Both the position numbers and the translations under genes were made by a program. A DNA stretch of 63,750 bases, filler included, from Collodictyon triciliatum (taxonomy: Eukaryota): NCBI GenBank assembly GCA_043381765.1. It is 15 parts of 15 records of this genome, joined end to end, with 100 filler letters (N's around TTAATTAATTAA, not from the genome) between each part and the next. Parts side by side here need not be neighbours in the genome. Positions count along the whole stretch, not along the records: positions 51,431 to 55,471 come from JBHJMP010006561.1; positions 55,572 to 59,611 come from JBHJMP010006562.1; positions 59,712 to 63,750 come from JBHJMP010006563.1; 12 more parts are not named here. One strand, written 5' to 3'. The notes below the pieces were generated by a model, which was not told where the DNA came from, made no database searches, and saw only the letters and a list, made by a program, of their open reading frames with translations. This document shows positions 55,269-63,750 of this stretch, piece after piece (the first letter of the stretch is position 1; each line of letters begins with the position of its first letter).

Positions 55269-56151
55269 ACTAGTTCTTTTCATATCCCCTAACCTTTCCC
55301 CAAGTAAAAATGATTGAAAATAAATAATAGAAAGAAAAGAAAGAAAAGAAAGAAAAGAAAGAAAAGAAAGAAAAGAAAGAAAAGAAAGAAAAGAAAGAAA
55401 AGAAAGAAAAGAAAGAAAAGAAAGAAAATAAATAATAAAAAGAAAAGAAAGAAAAGAAAGAAAAGAAAGAANNNNNNNNNNNNNNNNNNNNNNNNNNNNN
55501 NNNNNNNNNNNNNNNTTAATTAATTAANNNNNNNNNNNNNNNNNNNNNNNNNNNNNNNNNNNNNNNNNNNNTCTCTTCTTTTCTTTTCTTTTCTTTTCTT
55601 TTCTTTTCTTTTCTTTTCTTTTCTTTTCTTTTCTCTTCTTTTCTTTTCTCTTCTTTTCTCTTCTTTTCTCTTCTCTTCTTTTCTTTTCTCTTCTTTTCTT
55701 TTCTCTTCTTTTCTTTTCTTTTCTTTTCTTTTCTTTTCTTTTCTTTTCTTTTCTTTTCTTTTCCCTTTTCTTACTTTGATTTTAATTTTGATTTTTATTC
55801 CTTTTTCTTTTCTTTTCTTTTCTTTTATTTTCTTTTCCCTTTTCTTACTTTGATTTTAATTTTGATTTTTATTCCCCTCTTTTAAAGTCTTCACTACAAG
55901 TTGGTGAGATCATCAACTTAAGGCTACTTTACGGGAAATATTTTGTTTTAAATTTCTTGTATTTCCCTCCACCGTTTATTCACTATTTTCGCTGATTTTT
56001 TTTTTTTTACAGTGTTTAACTTCCCCTTAAACCACTCATGTGAATAACTATTTCGTCGAAACTTTATAGCTAGATTGCATTTTAAAGTATTTAAAGCATG
56101 CTTTTGGATTTCTCTCTAATAAACCCATTCAAATATTCCATTCAAAATTAG

Positions 56152-58416
56152 ATGCCGATTCATTTGCAAGTCTGGAAATGTCAGAGCATGCAAAGATTTG
56201 GTATCAAATTGATAGTAAATTTGGCAAGAAAAAAATCGTATCTCCCGAAGTCACACCTTTCAGGCGCCAACATAATGAATGGAAGACTCTCAGGGTTTGG
56301 ATTTCCAGTGCGGGGATGTATTATTTTACTTTTACTTATTTTTTATGCGTAATATTTACTTTTTTTCTCCTTTTTTTTTAATACAACACCTTCATCATAG
56401 CTAACGCATATGCTAATTTAACAGAGACACCCTTTCCGAGAGAGTGGCTTTCAGGAACCAAGTCATGCCAAAACTTCGTGAAAAATGCAAACACATTCGA
56501 TTAAATGTTATTGAATGTGATATGAGGTTTTCATTCGATTTACCCTCTATGTATTCCATAGGAGTCTTTATCAGAATTTTCTCTGAAAAAATCCTAGAAC
56601 TTAATCATACTCTAACCGATTAGTTTATCCTATACTCATTATTTTAATTATATGATAGGCTGGGTGTAAAGGCATTATCCTCTTTATTCGGGAAATCGGA
56701 TAGTGACCCTTCAAAATGTGAAACAGAAGAGGTCAGCTCAGTTAAACATAGAAAATACACTTTCTCTTCCTTTTTTTTTTTTAACGCTCCCTTCTTGTAT
56801 CTAGTTGTTTCAAATTTCTATGCATTGAGTTTCCAATAATTATTTTTGACTTTCTTCTACGATGATATAGAGGTTACCAACATAACTACTACGCTTCCAT
56901 TTTTGCTTCATTTACCATCCATTTTCTCTGGTTTTCTGATAAATGCCAAAAACCTTATTTCAGGAAGCTACTCGAATTCAAGCATGCTATCTAAGAATAG
57001 TAATGAAAGAATTTGAACGGTGTATGGCTTCATCTGCATCACATGAATCGAAACCACCCCACAATATGTTCTACGTTGCTTTTGTTGGGCAGAAATATGG
57101 ATGGGTGCCATCAAAAGTAAAAAAAAAATTCTTTAAGTTTATGCATTCGTTGGATACCAAATATGTCAGCAAGAAGAAATTCACGAATTTTTTTTAGTGT
57201 CGATATATATGTACTAAAACAAATTGACTGCAGTAATATTTCATTTGATGATTAAAATTAAATCTACCAGAATGTTTTAGACATGTCCCATGCTATAGAT
57301 ATTTGGAAGTGGAAAGATGGATTTTCCCTGTTTGGGAGTAATCATATTTTTATTCTAATCTTAATTATATTTTTTTACTTAAATTTGATAATCACAACAA
57401 TGATTGAGAAAAGTAAGTTAATATCTAAATAACTGTTAGTGGAAATTCTCAATGCGGCGTTATTACGTCCAAATCCACACGCATTTGTTTATATCCGCAG
57501 CAATGAATTCATGAGACACTCTGATACATTTGCCAACTTGGATATTCAACAACGAAAAGAATTAGAGGCACAATTAGCGATCGAGTTTACAGACATTTTA
57601 GAGGTTTCTCGCCCAAACAATCTTGCTCGATTAGTACATTATTTTCATTATTTTCATTATTATTATTATTATTATTATCATCGTTATTGTCTTCATTTGT
57701 GGTATATTTCGTAATCTTCATTGGAAATGGATATTTTCTTATTTTCCTTTCTTCAGCAGGGGCATAACTTTGCTCTTTTTATGGTATTTTCGTTAATGTT
57801 CATTTCTCCTTAGGATGAATTAGTCGATGATCCAACACATCCAAGAGCCAACTTATTAAATAGATACAAATTAGAGGCCTTGGTTTCACATGTATTATCT
57901 AGGTATGAAAACAAAATCACTCTTGTGCTCCTTCTGCAGATATTTTTCCTCTGCGTTGGCTCACCGGCCAATTTAGAAACTCCTCTAATCGGCTTGATTA
58001 TTGAAACGAAATCGTATGTTTTATGTAGAATAGAGTTACATAATGAAATGAACTAGATTACCGGGGAGCAGTGTAGTGCGTGGCTACAAATGTAGTTTTG
58101 GGGGTGTCGAGGATGATGGAGACCCCCAAAGATACGTCGGGAAATTTAAATCCACCATCAAACTGAAAGGTAAATACACATCATTGTATGTGCATGATTC
58201 AAACTGGGAATGCTCTTGGGTTATTCTCTTCATTTTAACTCATAAAATAAACCCAGGGCTGAATGACATGTGTGAGAATGTAGAAAGACAACTGTGGGAA
58301 TCGATATCCAAGTATGTCATAACTTTTACGAGCACTTAAATGTTTCCAATATATATATAAATAAATAATTAGACTAAGGAAAATTATTTCTATTAATCTT
58401 CCACCCTACACAATAA

Positions 58417-58475
<59 letters not shown>

Positions 58476-59276
58476 AGGTACTTTCATATCGATCCGTCCA
58501 ACGATGTCAATATACAAGCGCTGTCGTTTCGTGAAAGGAATTTGGTTGCCAAGAGATACTCATCTACATTGGTGGGGAGAGAGCTTTATATAGAGAACAT
58601 CAACCATTATCTTCACACTGGCAAGCTGAAAATAGAGATGTCTCAAACGTAAATTTTATCTGACATCTCTATTAGCGATGTATTATGAAGAAATGAGACT
58701 GTGGCCATCAAAATTCCATAAAGCCCATCATTCCGTAACCTTTTTGTGCTTAATTCTTGTTTTTCTAAAAGATTCAATTAATTTTAGTGATGAAGGTGAT
58801 GAGAAGCTGCTTGAAAAAGAAGACGACCCAAATGTTATGAAACCACTATACTTGATAGGTGAAAGTGGTATGTTTTTTTGAATTCTAAATAAAATTAGAT
58901 ATTATTCTTTATATTGCCTCTCTCGACTTGTGCTAGAACAAACGTGATGACATTAACTGTGATTTATTATGTTTGTCCTATTCCTTCATTTCTTTTTTTA
59001 AGCCCCTAACTTTGTTGATAATTTTAACTATAGGCATTGGAAAAACTCATATTTTGGGTGCTTTTCTTCATAGACTTAAAGCTGATTCTGTTGGTCTTTC
59101 TTCTTTATGGAATTATCTTCATTTAATTTATCGCACTTTACGTTTTCTTGTTCTATGGGACTTTCTTATCATATCCTTTTCGATTGAAACAGTCAATTCA
59201 CACTTTACCATAGTTCCTTTTAAAATCATAACACAATATTGTACAGTCAACTATTGTCCTCTCTCACTTTACGAAA
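56152..59276 (+). CDS. DUF4062 + NACHT/STAND protein (TEP1/NWD1-like), partial
   Basis: WKTLRVWISS...ER...VMPKLREKC...ECDMRLGV; FYVAFVGQKYGWVP; MEILNAALLRPNPHAFVYIR; Walker A LYLIGESG|IGKT. Confidence 0.85.
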
Positions 59277-59491
59277 GTTTGTCATGATGGCATCGATCTC
59301 TGTGAAATGTTATCAAGGTGGTAGAAGGGAATATAAATAATGTTGACTTATTGATATTCTCCTGCCGATTCCATTCTATTACTATTTGATTTTCATTTTC
59401 ATTTTCTTTGCTTTCTTTGCTTTCTTTGCTTTCTTTGCTTTCTTTGCTTTCTTTGCTTTCTTTGCTTTCTTTGCTTTCTTTGCTTTCTTTG

Positions 59492-59610
<119 letters not shown>

Positions 59611-59825
59611 TNNNNNNNNNNNNNNNNNNNNNNNNNNNNNNNNNNNNNNNNNNNNTTAATTAATTAANNNNNNNNNNNNNNNNNNNNNNNNNNNNNNNNN
59701 NNNNNNNNNNNTCCTTTTCCTTTTCCTTTTCCTTTTCCTTTTCCTTTTCCTTTTCCTTTTCCTTTTCCTTTTCCTTTTCCTTTTCCTTTTCCTTTTCCTT
59801 TTCCTTTTTATTATTTTGGCCTCAC

Positions 59826-60322
59826 CCACCATTTCATATTCATAGGACTCTGGCACGCCTGTAACATGCTCATCTATCAGCGTAGACCATCGCAAGATCA
59901 GTTGTGGTGTCCCGTTGACATATGTAATTATATGGCTCATTTTACACAGTACTCTTTTTGCTATATAATGAAGAGATGACAGCTAAAACTTTCCTATTTA
60001 CTATTTTACCCAACTTTATTTTCTTTTATACAATGCAATCTTATTTTATTCTATCCTATTACTAAAAGAAACAGATGTGTGTTTACCCCAGCCCATTTCA
60101 TCATTACCTTAATTTTATTTCGTATCACAAGAAAAAAGATGCTTTCATAGTGAAGCTGGAGATTCTTGGCTTGTCCTTTGACCTGGATGTCGAATGAAGA
60201 AGTCATATACCCCCTTACAAAGTCTGTGAAAAAAAAAAACGCTTTTTTTTTTTGCAAGGATTCTCTTCTATCGCAGGCTTACCATTTCTCGTGGGACTGA
60301 AGCTCGATTCAACTGTGATAAA
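59826..60322 (-). CDS. Multi-exon gene fragment, possibly START-like lipid-binding domain
   Basis: In-frame exons ESSFSPTRN|DFVRGYMTSSFDIQ|QKEYCVKMSHIITY...; only the FVRG motif suggests START. Confidence 0.3.
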
Positions 60323-61388
60323 AGGATGACGGAGAAAACAAAGCCTTGTGTCGACATGTAAATTATAGTATCAAAGAAGTCTAGAGCGTGACTCACATAT
60401 TGAGCTAGTTATGTTTCAAAATGCTTTATTTTTTTATGTGATTGTATCGAAGATTTGTTCAGTTGAGAGCCTTTTGCTGTATCGAAACATTCTTCTTTCC
60501 TCCATGACGCAAGAGAAAACCACGACACATAAGAAACCCCCAACCTGCGCAAACAAGCGAAAGATGGCATTTTTACATATATGGAATATATCTATAAACT
60601 TCATAATTACCAAAGCTATTGCCTTGGAGACTTACAGAAGCTACAAATGATATAAAAAATTAGGCAGTTGTTTATATGAGATTAGCAAGGAGGCGGCAGT
60701 GGTCTACCGGGGCAAAACGCGTTATGTGGATCGAAACGCTCTTAACGACTTCTTTCGAAACCAGTTTCGATTTTGGCGGGAATAAGCTTCTTTTCGAAGC
60801 AGGTTTCTTTTCGCCACAACATAGATTTCAAGACAAAGTCTGTGTCGCAGGCAGGACTGAAGCAGGGTATAATAGGAGCCGTAAGGATATGGCACGGAAA
60901 TCGCGACTGTTGGATTCGATGAACAATTTTATGAATGAGTGCCATAGTCGAACACATGCGCTGGACTCGCGCGATGACGAACGCAACAATATTGTCGAAC
61001 CGAATGGAGAGAAACAACGGGATTCTGCCAATTTGTGGCACTCTGCGCGCAGATTGAACCGTGCTACTATATCTTCATAACCATTCCGTTGCTCTCTGCA
61101 CATTTCATCATCGCATTATCGATTCGATATCCATCTCCCCCGAAGAATCCGTTTCGATCTATTGGCCCTGGACGTTTTTTTTTTTTTCATACACTGCTAT
61201 CACTACACACAACCTGTTTTATTTGGCTATTCGTCATTCGACCATCTCATATGTCTGGTCCGCACAGATGTCCTGATTTGAATCTAAAAATTCTTTTTGT
61301 TATTTATCGTTACACAAATCAAACTCCTTTTTTTTTTTTTTGACTCATACACCTAAAATAACCAAATATCCCAATAATATTGACTTCG

Positions 61389-63724
61389 ATGCAACATGTA
61401 AGCAGAAATCCAGAGATGTATCAAGACACAGTCGCAGTCGCAGTCGCAGAAGAGACAGGACACCCCCCTAACAATGACCAATTCAAGGAAGACTTGAAGT
61501 ATGACATGGTTCAGCTTCGCCTGATGCTGTGGAAGAACTGGCTTCTGAAGGTTTTCTCTTCTACAACAATAATTATTTTTTTTTTTGGTTCTCACTATAT
61601 ATTTTCAGTTTTTTTTTCTTCATCTGTATTGCACATATTCCTCTACAACCACCAATAGAAAAGGAAGCCATGGAGCACCGCAGCTGAGCTTATCATACCA
61701 GTCTTTCTTATGGGCATCATTGTTCTTGGGTGGGCTGCTGCAGGCCAGGATGAATTCGATGCACGTATGAATTTCCACATCGACACATCCTGAGTATGGC
61801 CTGAAAATTCTTCAAATCAAATACAACATTATTGCCTCCTTTCAAAGCTCATATAACTCAGTATGTCAACTTCTCTTTTCGAATTTCAAGCGAAATGCTT
61901 ATGGATAGGTATCAAGCTAAAATATAAAATAATGCAAGGTTTTAATAGTTAAAATGATTGATAATATTATATATTAGAGCCATGGGATAAGTACGCTGCT
62001 AACCCAGCCGACTTCACTGCATTTGTTTCGGTGTTGAATTCAAAAAAGAATAGCGGGGAACGATATCATCTTGCTTTTGCACCGAGAAGCGAGTTTGTGG
62101 ATGCCTTCGTTTCCTTCCTTGAGCGGACCGACGGCTTTGTTGACGTATTCGCCGGTTGTGATACTGGTATTGGAGGAAACTGCTATTTTGAGTCGGAGAA
62201 AGCCCTAAAAAACTACGCACTGAACCAAGAATCTGAACCTGATGAAATATATCAAGGTTTTTTTTGTTTTACATAACACATAAGTATAAGCGTTCCTTGT
62301 TTCAATATGAGTATTCTTATATCCAAAAAAAACGCATACATCGTAAATCCTACTATTAAGTGCGCCTAATGCACGATAAGAATCAAATATTCGGGTTTAA
62401 CTTCCAGTGTATACTATCAAATACCTTTAAACAGCTGTCATCTTCAAAAACTGTGATTCCGCTCAGTGCACGTTCTCCATTCAAATGAATGCCTCTGATA
62501 TTCCAACGAGTGAATTCATTTATGACAAATGGAATGTTGTTCCTTTTGGTATGTTATTTGTTTTAAGAGTAAGAAAATATGCACACATGACAATTCTCTA
62601 CAAAATTAGATCTTCATGTTTGTTGATGAAAAAAACATTCTCTAACTTTAAAACGAGTAGATTGGATTGAAAGAATTGAAATGGATAATGCGACTGTTGA
62701 TGAATACTTCAAGAACGGGTATATTACCATGCAGAACACCATCAATCAGTTCATACGTAAGTACTTCTCTGTCACTATTATTCTAATTATCAGCAAAAGA
62801 ATAGAGCCCTTGTGATACATTTTTTTTAAAGAAAATGATATAATTTCGAAATAGTTGGCACTTATGTCACGGGAAAGGATGTGCCTTTCGTTTTTTCTGC
62901 AGCTCCATTTCCGACCCCTGAGTACCAGCGCACTTCATACTTTGGTAATAAAAATTACCTCATATAATTTGATTTCCTCCAGGATACACAGGTCAACCTT
63001 TTTTTTTTAAAAAAAATTCATAATACTTAATCTATGCTATAAATTCAGATGCAATTCAAGCCACCATGGGGCTTTTCATCGCATTCTCTTTCATTTGGCC
63101 TGTCTCCCGTTTGGTCAAGAATATTGTCGAGGAGAAGGAGCGACGCATTAAAGAGGGAATGAAAATGATGGGATTGAAGGTGAATCCATGTTAATATGAT
63201 GCAATATCTACGTATGTATGCATTATAATTTAATTAAATCAATTACATATTTAATCAACCATTCACAATGGTGTTTTATCTTTTTTTTTTTTAAAAAAAA
63301 ACTCAGTCCTGGGTCTTCAATGCTTCCTGGATAATAACGTACTTTGTCATTTTCTTCATATTAACATTGATGATTCACGCCCTTATGGCACCGACTATCT
63401 TTCAAGTAAGCCAATTTAATATTCAAAATGCAAAAAGAAAATATGTCGGTTATATACCCTAAAAAGAAAATGCACACTATCCTTAAGTCATCTAAAAATA
63501 CAGCATTGCGAAGGAACACTCGTTTTTGCTGCAATTTTTTTGTTCACCATGAGTGTGATGATGTTTTGCTTCATATCCTTTGAAAGCGTTGAATTGGATT
63601 ATAATCGATTACATCCAATATTCCCAATATTATTTTACTGAAAATCACTGCATTGTTATAGCTTTTATTTTATCTTAACATTATTACATGCTTTCAACAT
63701 TTTTCAACAAAGCAAAAGTTGCCG
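61389..63724 (+). CDS. ABC transporter subfamily A, N-terminal part
   Basis: QLRLMLWKNWLLK|KRKPWSTAAELIIP; YFKNGYITMQ; APFPTPEY; LVKNIVEEKERRIKEGMKMMGL; FCF|MLSTFFNKAKVAG. Confidence 0.95.
63573..63687 (+). other. U12-type (minor spliceosome) AT-AC intron, 115 nt, phase 0
   Basis: Donor ATATCCTTT, branch-like TATCTTAAC (63671-63679), AC acceptor. Removal restores MMFCF|MLSTFFNKAK. Confidence 0.9.
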
Positions 63725-63750
63725 GTATTTAGCATATATATTATATTATG

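Noticed and set aside
60676-61103. Overlapping ORFs on both strands upstream of ABCA
   Set aside because: No recognisable motif and no consistent splice structure; strand and coding status unresolved.

Overview
This window is not one locus. It is 15 separate contigs or scaffolds, mostly about 4 kb, joined by artificial 100-nt N/TTAATTAATTAA/N linkers. They come from an AT-rich, intron-dense, microsatellite-rich eukaryote, probably a protist or early-branching lineage; no taxon can be assigned from the sequence. Most contigs hold fragments of spliced host genes, which I reconstructed by hand: an AAA ATPase, a soluble-adenylyl-cyclase-like STAND NTPase, ALDH3, USP22-like and USP36/42-like deubiquitinases, ZCCHC10, a Roco-type kinase, TRAPPC12, a PAK/STE20 kinase, a YGR210C-like OBG GTPase, RPAP3, a DUF4062-NACHT (TEP1/NWD-like) protein and an ABCA transporter. 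Four things stand out. (1) An intronless, extremely AT-rich contig (32422-36468) encodes a D5-like SF3 helicase and a Polinton/virophage-type rve integrase with a D-D(29)-D triad, has shared upstream and downstream gene motifs, and has a palindrome-rich left end; it looks like a Polinton-like virus or virophage-like element. (2) The ABCA gene has a clean AT-AC minor-spliceosome intron (63573-63687). (3) The Roco gene has an unusual COR-kinase(non-RD)-SAM-SAM-LRR-SAM order, one LRR per 69-nt exon, and a frameshift in COR. (4) An orphan intronless ORF is followed by a 16-bp hairpin at the window start. All family calls come from motif recognition by eye; no searches were run.
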